Notes: generated by a model from the letters alone, not told the origin. DNA of 64,000 nucleotides from Eledone cirrhosa (GCA_964016885.1 OZ024742.1:195920001-195984000), one strand, 5' to 3'. Positions 15,880 through 29,091 are shown, counted from the first letter of the stretch. Numbers and translations: made by a program.

Positions 15880-16735
15880 GATACGGACGTGTTGGACCGC
15901 CACCAGTTACAACTCATCAAAAAGTGTATGTATCGTACATAGGGTAATGTACAAACGTCAGGAACATGAACAGTGCATGAGTCATGATATACATGTGTGT
16001 ATGTGTATGGAAGGGTTACATCAGGATTAGTTTTGACGAATTTTGGGAAGCATAAGGGGTTTTAAAGGATGCAGTGTCTCGACAGCTAACAACTGACGCC
16101 GGGAGTTTGTTCCATGCTTCAGCAACTCTAAGCGTGAAAAAATGTTTCCGAAAGTCATGGGATCTGTGCTGTTTTCTGACTTTGTAGGCATGTCCACGTG
16201 TGTTAGACACATGGAATTCAAAAAGGTGCTCAGGGTTGTTGTTGGCGAGATGGTTAATAACTTTGTGGGTGTTTACCAAGTCAGTTGCCAGATGTCGGAG
16301 CTTCAATGAATCCATGCCCAGGGAAGCAAGGCGTTCAGAGTATGGTAGGCGTCTGATGGAGGGTATGCGCTTGGTTGCACGTCTCTGAACAGTTTCCAGG
16401 AGGTCAATGTTCTGAGCAAGATAGGGGTTCCAGACTGGTGATGCAAATTCTAAGTGTGGCTGCACCATAGCCATGTACAACCTTAAATAGATAGCTGGAG
16501 AGCGGCTAACAAATGTCTTGCTGGGTGATGCCAAGAAACCCTCGGCCTTCTTGACAATCTTAGAGACATGCTTTGTCCAACACAAATCGCTTCTGACAGT
16601 AATGCCCAGGTCACGTTCACAAGAGGACTTCTTGATATTAGTGCTGTGGAGGGAGTATGTGGACGCTGGATTTTTCCTCCCAAAATGCATGGTGGTACAC
16701 TTATCCACAGCCAGCTTTAGTTCCCAGTCTGTTCT
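15880..16735 (-). mobile_element. CR1-type LINE 3' fragment (RT C-terminus and 3' UTR)
   Basis: KCTTMHFG...ERDLGI...LYMAMVQPHLEFASPVWNPY...LETVQRRATK...TRGH...FFTLRVAEAWNKLP. Confidence 0.88.
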
Positions 16736-16739
16736 AGTT

Positions 16740-16960
16740 ATTTATTCAACAGAACAACGTGCTCATGAAATTTACTTGTAAATTTCTAAGCATTCCACAG
16801 ATACGCTTACACGTCAGGAAATTCTCAGGAGATTCAGCGTCACATAATGTGTAACAGGTCCCAGCCTTTGAATTACAGGTGCAGACGAACCGACAGTCTT
16901 TCAAACAGTTTCCGTCTATACAATGTTACTCATAAGCAGGGCCTCCAAGAGCTGCGTTCA
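16740..16960 (-). mobile_element. SINE family 2 fragment
   Basis: Shares GGAAACTG, CCTGTAATTCAAAG and GAATCTCCTGAGAAT with the copies at 30395, 31520, 35403 and 38002. Confidence 0.7.
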
Positions 16961-16981
16961 CATGAGTGTAAATAATTTGTG

Positions 16982-17036
<55 letters not shown>

Positions 17037-17063
17037 ATATATATATATGCGAGTGTGTGTGTT

Positions 17064-17183
<120 letters not shown>

Positions 17184-17235
17184 TATATATATACATGTAA
17201 ACACACACACTCGCATATATATATATATATATATA

Positions 17236-17373
17236 ACGAAGGAAATGTGGTAAGGAACCAGGTGGACCATAACGCACCAAAGTACTCAATACTTGGGGTA
17301 GTAGAGTGGGTAATAGGAACCAGTAAGACCCCGACGGCTGAGCTCAAGCCGTCGGGGTCTTACTGGTTCCTAT
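17236..17373. mobile_element. Solo pLTR 3' fragment of the 18267-20307 element family, ending in a 27-bp perfect palindrome
   Basis: Arms 17313-17339 and 17347-17373; sequence matches 18268-18303 and 24716-24863. Confidence 0.8.
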
Positions 17374-17406
17374 ATATATATATATATATATACATACATA
17401 CACACA

Positions 17407-17454
<48 letters not shown>

Positions 17455-17467
17455 CATACACACACGC

Positions 17468-17538
<71 letters not shown>

Positions 17539-17640
17539 AATTATTTACATTCATGTGAACGCAGGTCTTGGAGGCCCTGCTTATGAGTAAAATTGTATAG
17601 ACGGAAACTGTTTATATATATACTCGGCACTGTGTTTATT

Positions 17641-17690
17641 AAGCTCTGAGGATTCCTAACAAACGGTATGGATGAAACATTGTAACCAAA
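17641..17690 (+). ncRNA. Hammerhead-like motif with intact core and poor stem I
   Basis: CTGAGGA-ttcc...ggat-GAAA-cattg-TA; only the first stem I pair forms. Confidence 0.45.
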
Positions 17691-17839
17691 TAAAAACTGT
17701 TTGAGTATGTAAGTGTTCTTTGGTTTCTTTTACATATATATATATGTATGTATGTAAAAGGTAAACAGAAATAACAACACAATCGGTACAGTGTATGGAG
17801 AGGATATATTAGGTTAACGCTTGATATAGCAGTGTGTGC

Positions 17840-18035
<196 letters not shown>

Positions 18036-18049
18036 TTCGTTTCTGAATT

Positions 18050-18238
18050 TGGCAACATGACCCTCCGAAAGCATAACAATATGGTCACACTAGAAGAGGA
18101 AGACAAAGGTTAACGTATGTTGATGCCCTAAGGACAGACACTGGTCTGTTGGAGACGCAGGACATGGCAGCGATAATGAGGGACAGAGACCGCTGGAGAG
18201 AACTCGTCCATGGATCTCGGGAATTTTACCCGACTTAG
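18050..18238 (+). mobile_element. RTE-type LINE extreme 3' fragment
   Basis: Translates as GHTRRGRQRLTYVDALRTDTGL...MRDRDRWRELV. Confidence 0.65.
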
Positions 18239-18279
18239 ATAGATATATATATATATATATATATATGGGAACCAGTAAG

Positions 18280-18373
18280 ACCCCGACGGCTGAGCTCAAG
18301 CCGTTTCGACGGCTAATTCTGGACTAAATAAAAATTTATCCTGGTATATAAATAGCCGAGCTTCTCAAGGGGT
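18280..18373 (-). ncRNA. Type I hammerhead ribozyme with U3-A8 variant core
   Basis: Minus strand: acccc-TTGAGAA-g(ct)cggcta...tagccg(t)c-GAAA-cggct(tgagctc)agccg-TC-ggggt. All three stems pair. Confidence 0.75.
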
Positions 18374-19521
18374 AATTCCATATATGGTCAAAGTGATTGT
18401 CACAAGGATTGGTCACAAGTTAGTAGTAATTCTGTGATGGCAAATCAGTGGGGGAGAGGGGCTAAACCTGCCAGTAGGAGAAAAGGGGGAGGGGGGAGTA
18501 GACCCAATCATGCGTTGGTAGTGCCGGCTACAGCTGGGCATGAGGTCAAAGAAGATACTAGGGAGGGGGAGGGGGGAGTCGAAACGGTAAGTAGAACAAT
18601 GAAGGGTAAAAATATATATATGAAAAAAAAAATACTGAGAGTGATAAAAAGCGAATAAATGTAAAGAAAAAAATATAAGCAATATCTACGACCTAAGTCT
18701 CTAGCTATTGCTAGGCTAGATAAATAAATAAATAAAGAAATAAAGAAATAAAGAAAGAAAGAAAGAAAGAAAGAAAGAAATAAAAAAATAAGTAAATAAA
18801 CTAGGTGGGACGGAATAGGAAAGGACCCTTTTAAGAGGTATAAGTACGTATATCATACGGTGACGGGTCAACAATGGGGGCCAAAATACTAAAGAAACTA
18901 CCATGAAATAATTAATAAAGGTTTCTACCCCGGGCACAAGGCCAGCAACCACCCAGTGCAGAAAAGTAAACTAGTACGAGATAATAATTCTGAGCCCCGA
19001 AAAAAATATACTAATGCTAACTCTAATGGTACCGCCACGCTACAAAAGTTCTTATACAAGCTACATGAAAGTTCGTACGAGGTAAAAGTAGAGTACGGAA
19101 AAATAAATTCAGAATCCACCCCGCCCAAAAGAAAAGAGAAGAAAGAAATACTGAAACGAGAAATTAAGGCAGAGGTGCCACTAAGAAATATAGAAGGCAC
19201 GGAAAAAAAGGGGGAGCGGTCGGATAAGGGGGTAAGTATCCGAGGTCTAACACAACTGCTATAAAAAGCGGAGTCCGCCAAATCTATCATAGACTAGGGG
19301 AGGGGTGGAGGTACTGAGGCTACAAGGGGCCAAAGGGCTGCCTCGGGTGGGCGAGAAAAATACGCCGACAAAGAAAAAGAACTGGGATAGAAAGATTAGG
19401 GAGGGATGAGGGGAAGAAGGAAATATAGAGAAAGCGATAAAAGAATAAAAAGAAGATCTTACGTCTCCCTTGGCAAGCAGGGGTTACCCATTACAAAATC
19501 GGCAAGTGGGGTGTTATAGCC

Positions 19522-20230
19522 CTAGTCTACCCCCGGGTCATTATGGGGTTTGAGGGCGAGGTAAGTCCTACGCAATCTATGTTTACATGCAGTAACCAGT
19601 TCATCTTTCTTGTTTAGGAGTTGGTCCGTCGAAAACAACATTTGTAAAGTTTCCTCCGAGCATAAATTGCACGGACGGCGTCCTCCCGTGTAAGAGTTGG
19701 CTCTGGACAGTAACCTCCAAGTGAGATCATAGGTGATGTTGTTGTCCTTGAGGTCCCATATGTGGCCCGAAAGTGTAGTGGCGTGACGCCGGGCCGGGTT
19801 TCGGAAGGTATGTCTATGTTGGTATAGCCGGGTCTTGAAGTCACATGCGGTTAGTCCTATATAAGCTTTGCTGGAGGTCTCCGACCTCACGTTGCACTGG
19901 TAGATCACATTACGGTCTCTGCATCTGTTGTCGAGGGGGAAAATGGATCTATCAGGACAGTTGCACCTCCTGGTCGGCTCTCCACTGCTATTTAGGTTAT
20001 TTCTTCCATCGGGGTTGAGTTTTTTGTTGTTAGAGGAGACGATGTTTTGTGCGAAGTTAGGTGTAGTGCTGTAAGAGAGTTTGATGGTACTTTTGTTAAT
20101 TATGTTGTGGTAGCAGTGTTGTAGTGGGAAGTGTTTTTCAATGAGCCTAAAAAATATTTTCCCGATGGGAGTTGTCACCTCTGCGTTGTGGGGAGGATTG
20201 AACCATGTTACATTGCGTGAGCGGCGGTGT
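19522..20230 (-). pseudogene. Penelope-like linker plus GIY-YIG endonuclease (C-terminal part of the ORF)
   Basis: 218-aa ORF 19522..20178; the frame stays open upstream through WFNPP. Confidence 0.88.
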
Positions 20231-20310
20231 CTCCTGCTGGTTCCGCTAATGGGAGCTGGACAGTAGGATATTTCCTCCCGGAAACCACTCCACTTGAGGG
20301 CCTGGTTGTA

Positions 20311-20363
<53 letters not shown>

Positions 20364-20446
20364 ATGTATATATATGTATGTATATATATATATATATTTA
20401 TATATATATGTGCCTGAGTGTGTATATATATATATGTATATATATG

Positions 20447-20481
<35 letters not shown>

Positions 20482-20589
20482 ATAATATACATATGACGTA
20501 ACATTCAAACGTTAACTGAGAATTCAATTCGTATGTCAAGTGGGTCGATTATTTAAGAGAAATAAGAAATCATTGACATGTGTTGTGTA

Positions 20590-20845
20590 GTGCATGTCTG
20601 TATATGTGTATATATGTATATATCTGTATATGTATGCATATATACATATATGCATATATGCATATATGTATATATGAATATATATATATATATATGTGTG
20701 TGTGTCTGCACATAATATAACTTGTAAGCGGACGCACACACACACACATACATATATATATAGATATGCGTGTGTTTACATAATATAACATGCAAGCACA
20801 CGCACACTCACACACACACACATATATACATATATACATATATAC

Positions 20846-20889
<44 letters not shown>

Positions 20890-21169
20890 CACTACACAGA
20901 AAAGTGTAGATAATATATATACTCACGCTGAGTATATGCATATATGCATATATGTATATATGCATATATGCATATATGCATATATGTATATATGAATATA
21001 TATATATATATGTGTGTGTGTGTCTGCACATAATATAACTTGTAAGCGGACACACACACACACACACACATACATATATATATATATGCGTGTGTTTACA
21101 TAATATAACTTGTAAGCACACGCACACTCACACACACACACATATATACATATATACATATATACATAT

Positions 21170-21212
<43 letters not shown>

Positions 21213-21496
21213 CACTACACAGAAAAGTGTAGATAATATATATACTCACGCTGAGTATATGCATATATGCATATATGTATATATGCATATATGCATGTAT
21301 GCATATATGTATATATGAATATATATATATATATATGTGTGTGTGTGTCTGCACATAATATAACTTGTAAGCGGACACACGCACACACACACACACATAC
21401 ATATATATATATATGCGTGTGTTTACATAATATAACTTGTAAGCACACGCACACTCACACACACACACATATATACATATATACATATATACATAT

Positions 21497-21531
<35 letters not shown>

Positions 21532-21973
21532 CATACACTACACAGAAAAGTGTAGATAATATATATACTCACGCTGAGTATATGCATATATGCATATATG
21601 TATATATGCATATATGCATATATGCATATATGTATATATGAATATATATATATATATGTGTGTGTCTGCACATAATATAACTTGTAAGCGGACACACGCA
21701 CACACACACACATACATATATATATATATGCGTGTGTTTACATAATATAACTTGTAAGCACACGCACACTCACACACACACACACATATATACATATATA
21801 CATATATACACATATACATATATACATATATACATATATACATATATATATACATACACTACACAGAAAAGTGTAGATAATATATATACTCACCGCTGAG
21901 TATATGCATATATGCATATATGTATATATGAATATATATATATATGCGTGTGTTTACATAATATAACTTGTAA

Positions 21974-22006
<33 letters not shown>

Positions 22007-22300
22007 CATATATACATATATACATATATACATATATACATATATATATACATACACTACACAGAAAAGTGTAGATAATATATATACTCACCGCTGAGTA
22101 TATGCATATATGCATATATGTATATATGAATATATATATATATATATATGCGTGTGTTTACATAATATAACTTGTAAGCACACACACACACACACACACA
22201 TATATACATATATACATATATACATATATACATATATACATATATATATATACATACACTACACAGAAAAGTGTAGATAATATATATACTCACCGCTGAG
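20590..22300. repeat. Microsatellite-rich tandem repeat (periods ~323, 323, 321, 198, 202 bp) beginning at the exon splice donor
   Basis: ACTACACAGAAAAGTGTAGATAATATATATACTCAC(C)GCTGAGT recurs, with ACTCAC at 20921, 21244, 21567, 21888, 22086 and 22288. Confidence 0.92.
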
Positions 22301-22342
22301 TCCGCCTCCGACGACAATTACATCCACAGGTGCAGACGACAT
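22294..22342 (-). CDS. First coding exon of a flavin-dependent amine oxidase-like protein (monoamine oxidase-like)
   Basis: ttgtcag|CGAT-ATG...AGC-G|gtgagt encodes MSSAPVDVIVVGGGLS-G (GxGxxG). It has a canonical acceptor and donor and a phase-1 intron at the same motif position as vertebrate MAOB exon 1 (MSNKCDVVVVGGGIS-G). No further coding exon was recognised in the window. Confidence 0.75.
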
Positions 22343-22559
22343 ATCGCTGACAATATAAACATAAAGGTATGGGAATATACTAACTATATACACTCAGTGA
22401 TAAATCTGTATACATTAATAGATAAGACTAAGTACCAGGTAGGTAGGTGAGTAAGTAGGTGGGCTGACAGATAACAGATAGGGAGGGAGACCGATATATT
22501 AATAGATAGGTAAGTAGCTAGATAATTAGATTGGTAGATAGGTAAGTAGCTAGGTTGGT

Positions 22560-22606
22560 AGATAGATAGATAAATAGAGAGATAACGTTGGAGAGATTAG
22601 GTGATG

Positions 22607-22700
<94 letters not shown>

Positions 22701-22761
22701 CGGGTGAGATAGATAGATAGATAGATAAATAGAGAGATAACGTTGGAGAGATTAGGTGATG

Positions 22762-22808
<47 letters not shown>

Positions 22809-22924
22809 AGAGAGAGCGAGAGAGAAAGTGAGAGAGAGAGAGAGAGGGAGAGAGAGACAGAGAGAGAGACAGACAGCGGGTGAGGATAGATAGAGAGATA
22901 ACGTTGGAGACATTAGGTGATGCA

Positions 22925-22930
<6 letters not shown>
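22560..22930. repeat. ~160-bp tandem unit (GAGATAACGTTGGAGAGATTAGGTGATGCA plus TA, GA and GATA tracts), 3 copies
   Basis: Core recurs near 22580, 22734 and 22895. Confidence 0.85.
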
Positions 22931-22998
<68 letters not shown>

Positions 22999-23024
22999 AT
23001 GTAATAAGCAACATAAGGCAATTA

Positions 23025-23084
23025 TTCCATTTACCAGTGGTTTCTTAAAAGCAAAAGGGTTTGCTTTCAATCCTCAGAATGAAA
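23025..23084 (-). ncRNA. Type I hammerhead ribozyme in a ~100-bp solo insert between (TA)n tracts
   Basis: Minus strand: tttcatt-CTGAGGA-ttgaaagcaaa(ccct)tttgcttttaa-GAAA-ccactgg-TA-aatggaa. Confidence 0.88.
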
Positions 23085-23099
23085 AAATCCTGGTTTGTT

Positions 23100-23199
<100 letters not shown>

Positions 23200-23209
23200 A
23201 TATATATAT

Positions 23210-23478
23210 GTAGAAGTTCTATTTAAATTGTTGGGATACAACAAGCAAATATTTTTATAACTGATATAAAGCACTCAACAAATTATTGGAGTAAAAATAC
23301 GATATATTAACAAATGGAAACTATATTTATAAAACCATATTTATTTCATTATACATATTTCAAGGACACCAAGTTAAATTATGGTGTGCTTTCATCAGAT
23401 AAAATATAATATAGATCAGTTTTATAAATAGATATTGACATACCCTTAAAGAATGCGACCATTTCTGTTGGAAGCTCC

Positions 23479-23482
<4 letters not shown>
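23210..23482 (-). mobile_element. Family A hammerhead element, most complete copy (hammerhead 23342-23406)
   Basis: Minus strand: tattttat-CTGATGA-aagcacacca...tggtgtcctt-GAAA-tatgta-TA-atgaaata; flanked by (TA)n. Confidence 0.85.
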
Positions 23483-23544
<62 letters not shown>

Positions 23545-24143
23545 GAGAGAGAGAGAAAGAGAGAGGGAGAGACAGACAGAGGGTGAGATAGATAGATAGA
23601 TTTGTTTGTGTGTGTGTGTATATATGTGTGTGTGCGTGTGCACGTGTGTATATATATATATATATGTGTGTGTGTATGTGTTTGTGTTTGTGTGTATGTG
23701 TTTGTGTGTATGTGTTTGTGTGTATGTGTCTGTGTGTATGTGTCTGTGTGTGTGCGTGTGTGTATATATATATATATGTATGTATGTATGTATGTGTCTG
23801 TGTGTATGTGTCTGTGTCTGTGTGTGTGCGTGTGTGTATATATATATATATGTATGTATGTATGTGTGTGTGTATGAAACAGCTACAGGTGTAGAGAACG
23901 TCAGCTAAAGAGTTAATATCAAATCTATAATATCTATATATATATATATATATATATATAGATATATATATATATATATATTGTCTCGAAGAGGGGGAGA
24001 TGGGGCAGAGGGGGAGAGGAAGGGGTGGAGAGAAAAGGGAGAGGGGTGAGAAGGGCCGTGTGAGACAGAGAGGGGGAGATTTCGAATTCAATAGCTCGAT
24101 ATATAGGTATTTCAGTATTATTTTCTTTATGCATATATATATG

Positions 24144-24174
<31 letters not shown>

Positions 24175-24254
24175 GCACACACACATACATTTATATATAT
24201 GTATGTATTGTATGTATATATGAATATATATATATATATATTCATATAGAAAAT

Positions 24255-24301
24255 CTTCTACAAGACTAGAACTGTTTCATTCGTGAGAAATCATCAGGAA
24301 G
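24255..24301 (-). ncRNA. Type I hammerhead ribozyme (family B)
   Basis: Minus strand: cttc-CTGATGA-tttc(tcac)gaat-GAAA-ca(gttctagtct)tg-TA-gaag. Confidence 0.7.
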
Positions 24302-24444
24302 TACTATGTATTGAGTACGTTTCTTACTATAGTTACTCCCGATTGAACCCGGAATAACTTATATATATATATAAATATATATATATATATGTGTGTGTGT
24401 ATAAATATACATACATATATATAATATACATATATATAATATAC

Positions 24445-24507
<63 letters not shown>

Positions 24508-24577
24508 ACACGCATATCCACATCCATCACTCTATGTATGTAATGTATGTATATAATGTATATTTATGCAGGTGTTT

Positions 24578-24622
<45 letters not shown>

Positions 24623-24625
24623 CAT

Positions 24626-24705
<80 letters not shown>

Positions 24706-24715
24706 CAAAATATAT

Positions 24716-24863
24716 ATAACAAAGGAATTGTGGTAAGGAACCAGATGGACCGTACGCACCAGAGTACTCAATACTTAGGGTAGTAGAGTTGGAAATAGGA
24801 AAAAGTCCAGAAATAGCCGTCGAAACGGCTTGAGCTCTGCCGTCGGGGTCATACTTTTTCCTA
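24716..24863. mobile_element. Solo pLTR fragments of the 18267-20307 family: minus-strand 3' end joined to a plus-strand hammerhead 3' half
   Basis: 24716-24800 matches 17236-17320; followed by tagccgtc-GAAA-cggct...gccg-TC-ggggtc. Confidence 0.75.
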
Positions 24864-24971
24864 TATATATATATATTCACGCACACTTGCATGCATATAC
24901 ATTTGGCACACATACACACTCATATTGATATGCATATTATATATATATTTTTTTTATATACGCATATGCCT

Positions 24972-25029
<58 letters not shown>

Positions 25030-26056
25030 ATTTGTTTATGTTTGTGTGTGCATATGTAGTTGGAACCAGAGAGAGAGAGAGAGACAAACCTGTAAGCTGT
25101 CGTAGATGTTGATGTTTCTACAGAGATTGTCGGAGTATTGGACGGAGAAATACGGGCGAACGTAAAATCTGCCTGTCTGTGTGTCTGTATGTCTGTGTGT
25201 ATGTGTGTATGTGTCGGTGTCTGTGTGTCTCTGTATCTGTCTGTATGTGTATGTGTGTGTGTCGGTGTCTGTGTGGGTGTCTGTCTATATGTCTGTGTGT
25301 CTGTGTGTCTGTGTGTCTGTGTATGTGTGCCTGTGTCTCTATGCTTCTGTGTAATTGTAGACGTATGCGTGTGCGTGTGGTTGTGTGTGTGTGTGTCTAT
25401 GTAAGTTTTATGTATGTGGTTGTCTGTGTGTATGTGCGTGCCTATGTATGTGTGTCTGTGTTTCTGTGTAATTGTGAGTGTGTGAGTCTATGTAGTTATA
25501 TGTATGTGGTTGTGTCTGTGTGTGTCTGTGTGCCTGTGTAATTGTATGTGAGTGTCTAGTTGTGTGCGTGTGTCTATGTATGTCTGTGTGTCTATGTAGT
25601 TAAATGTGTATGGTTGTGTGTGTGTGTATGTATGCATGTGTGTCTGTGAGTCCGTGTGTCTATGTGTCTATGTGTCTATGTGTCTGTGAGTTCATGTGTA
25701 TATGTGTCTATGTGTCTGTGTGTCTATGTGTCTCTGTGTGTCTGTGAGTCTGTGTAACTGTGTGTCTATGTAGTTATATGTATGTGTTTGTATCTTCTTG
25801 TGTGTGTGTGTGTGTGTGTGTATATGTATGTTTATTTGTGGTATGTGGTTGTATCGCTACGTGGCTATGTTGTTGCGTGATCTGTGTGTCTATGTAGTTG
25901 TATAGTTGTATGTATGCCGTTGAGTGACTGTGTGTATGTGTGTGTTTATGTTATTGTGTGTGCCTGTGTGAATTATCTCAATATGTCTATGTATCTATGC
26001 AGTTGTATGTATGTGACTGCGTGTTTGTATGTGATTGTATATGTGTGTGTGTGCGC

Positions 26057-26135
<79 letters not shown>

Positions 26136-26274
26136 GGTGGTGTTGTCTGTATAATTATGTAGTTATGTAAATGTGTATTTTCCAACCCAGAAAATAAAAT
26201 TTACACACTAACCTCACGTATTGAGTGCTCATTCAATGAATGTTTAAATATTTTAAGTACTGTGGTATTTTATA

Positions 26275-26331
26275 CACCCTAATAGGCTTGCTGAACACAC
26301 AACCGAAACGGCTTGACGCCGCTGTCGGGAT
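26275..26331 (+). ncRNA. Degenerate hammerhead (3' half intact)
   Basis: caacc-GAAA-cggc(ttgacgcc)gctg-TC-ggga; the upstream core is only CTAATAG-like. Confidence 0.4.
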
Positions 26332-26341
26332 ATTACATCCA

Positions 26342-26410
<69 letters not shown>

Positions 26411-26896
26411 AAGGGGGGAGAAGGGAGTGGGGGAGAGAGAGACTTTAGAGAGAGAGAGATGCGGGTTAGAGAGAAAGAGAGAGCGGAGCGGGGAGAGAGA
26501 GGGGGCAGGAAGAGAGAGAAGGAGTGAAGGTAAGAGAGAGGAGAGAGATTGATACATATATATATATATATATCCTGTGTGTGCATATGTGTGCACTTGT
26601 GTATGTATATACGTGTGTTTATATATATATATGTGTGTGTGTGTTGTTCTTGTGGTTTATACTGTTGTAGTTTAACCCTAGGTCAGATTTGATTTCTTAT
26701 CAAGGTTGTTCCAAATTTAACCAATCCACAATTTTTTTTATTTCTATTCATACAAGATGTTTCTCCCTCGTTTTATGAAGACGTTTGCGCGTAATTTGAG
26801 GGAGCTTTGACTGATATTTCTAACAGGATACATGAACGGAATATCTGATTGGGTGGAGGTTGTATCCGTGTGTGTGTGTATGTGTGCGTGTGTGTG

Positions 26897-26986
<90 letters not shown>

Positions 26987-27082
26987 CATGTGTTTGTATA
27001 TGCACGCGTCTGTGTATGTATATGTGCGCGAGTGTGTATGTATGTGCGTTTGTGTGTATGTGTATGTATATAGGAGCGCGTT

Positions 27083-27183
<101 letters not shown>

Positions 27184-27184
27184 A

Positions 27185-27221
<37 letters not shown>

Positions 27222-27224
27222 GTA

Positions 27225-27271
<47 letters not shown>

Positions 27272-27340
27272 GTGCTTGTGTGTATGTGTATGTATATGCG
27301 AGCGTGTGTGTGTATATATATATGTGCTTGTGTGCATATG

Positions 27341-27393
<53 letters not shown>

Positions 27394-27592
27394 TTGTGTG
27401 GATATGTATATATATGCGCGTGTGTGTATGTATATGTGCTTGTGTGCATTTGTATGTATATGCGAGTGTGTGTGTATGTGTATGTACTTGTGCATGTGTA
27501 TGTATGTGTATGTACCTGTGTTTGTGAGTGTGTTTATGTGTACGTTTTTGAACGGTAATGACCGTTAATGACATATCCGTGTATGTGTGTGT

Positions 27593-27649
<57 letters not shown>

Positions 27650-27814
27650 TGTGTGTGCGTATACATCTGTATGTGTTTGTGGTCGTGCTCATAATACATA
27701 TGTATGTATATATTGTGTGGGGGGGGGGGGTACACACATGCATGTGCGTGTGCCTGTATACATGCGTAAGTGTGTGTGTGTGTGTGTGTATGTGTGTGTG
27801 TGTGTGCGTTATTT

Positions 27815-28215
27815 GTGGTGATGGTCATGGTGATGATGGTGGTGGTACTGGAAGTGATGGTGGCGTCGGCGACGGTAGTAGTGGTGGGGGTGATGGTGGT
27901 TGTTGTTGTAGTTGGTGGTCCCGGTAATGGTGGTGGTGGTGGTGGTGGTAGTAGTGGAGATGATGGTGATGGTGGTGGTGATAGTGGTGGTGGTGATGTT
28001 AGTGGAGATGATGGTGGTGATGGTGATGATGGTGGTGGTGGTGATGGTGGTGGTGATGGTGGTGGTGGTGATGGTGGAGGTGGTAATGTTAGTGGAAATG
28101 ATGGTGGTGATGGTGATGATGGTGGTGGTGGTGATGGTGGTGGTGATGGTGGTGGTGGTGGTGATGGTGGTGGTGATGGAGGGGGGGATAACAGTGGTTG
28201 GGTTGATGGTAGTTG
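27815..28215. repeat. (GGT/GAT)n low-complexity repeat
   Basis: Directly visible. Confidence 0.9.
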
Positions 28216-28313
28216 TGGCATGTGGTGGGGCGGGTTATCTCCAGCCTAGCCAAATTGAGCAGATCTACACTTAAAGAAAGACATTCTAGCCATGACCACT
28301 CCATCTATTTAGA

Positions 28314-28314
<1 letters not shown>

Positions 28315-28344
<30 letters not shown>

Positions 28345-28660
28345 CTTCTTCTTCTTCTTCTTCTCACCTCCTCCTCATCCTTCTCCTGCTATTTATTTCT
28401 CGGAGGATCGTGGTGTCAGAGCCCTCAAATACTCCTTCCAGCAGGTCCTGTCAGAAAAAGCAACAGTTTCCAACTGATCCGACTTGGGTCTCCAAGCGAG
28501 ACCCACTAAGTTCATAGATGTTATCCAACCAACTTGCTCGGGGTCTACCTCTGGGTATCCTGCTGGTTAGTTTTGCCCGTAAAATATGTCCAGCTATTCT
28601 TTCCTGAGACATTCTAACTACACGCTCGTAGTATCGGATATATAGAACTATATCGGACAA
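28315..28660 (-). mobile_element. RTE-clade (Expander/Rex3-like) LINE 3' fragment with (GAA)n tail
   Basis: RYYERVVRMSQERIAGHILRAK...PRGRPRASWLDNI; homologous to 33742 and 41200. Confidence 0.75.
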
Positions 28661-28671
28661 CGTTATATAAT

Positions 28672-28850
28672 GTGGATTGGCAGTATCGGTAGAGGGTCGG
28701 ACGCCATGCGTTCCACCATAGTTACGTCCCTTTACGATCTGAGTTCAAATCCCGCCGAGGTTTACTTTGCCTTTCATCCTTACGGGGTCGATAAAATAAA
28801 GTACCAGTAATGAACTGGGTAATTGCTGGCCTTGTGCCTAAAGTAGAAAC
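28672..28850 (+). mobile_element. tRNA-derived SINE family 1 with 13-bp TSD GTTATATAATGTG
   Basis: A box TGGCAGTATCGG, B box GAGTTCAAATCC, central GCCTTTCATCCTTACGGGGTCGATAAAATAAAGTACCAG; many copies in the window. Confidence 0.9.
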
Positions 28851-29001
28851 AGTTATATAATGTGTCTGTTATGGCGGTAGGATATGTAGTGAGTGTAAGA
28901 GTTGGCTGCTATTTCTAGCAGGTAGATCGATAACGTAAATCAGGTTTAGTTCACTCGTTGGGGTGTAGTTGCTTGTAAGTATCGTTATGATACCATGATA
29001 C

Positions 29002-29091
<90 letters not shown>

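Larger units (their letters stand above)
18267..20307 (-). mobile_element. 5'-truncated Penelope-like element (Naiad-type): linker, GIY-YIG, long 3' region, terminal hammerhead, flanked by (TA)n
   Basis: NVTWFNPP...IGKIFFRLIEKHFP, CNC, VIYQC...YIGLT...FKTRLYQH, CNLC, LLNKKDELVTACKH. Confidence 0.9.

Noticed and set aside
28672-28760. tRNA genes suggested by A and B boxes
   Set aside because: No cloverleaf; the boxes are heads of multi-copy SINEs with TSDs.
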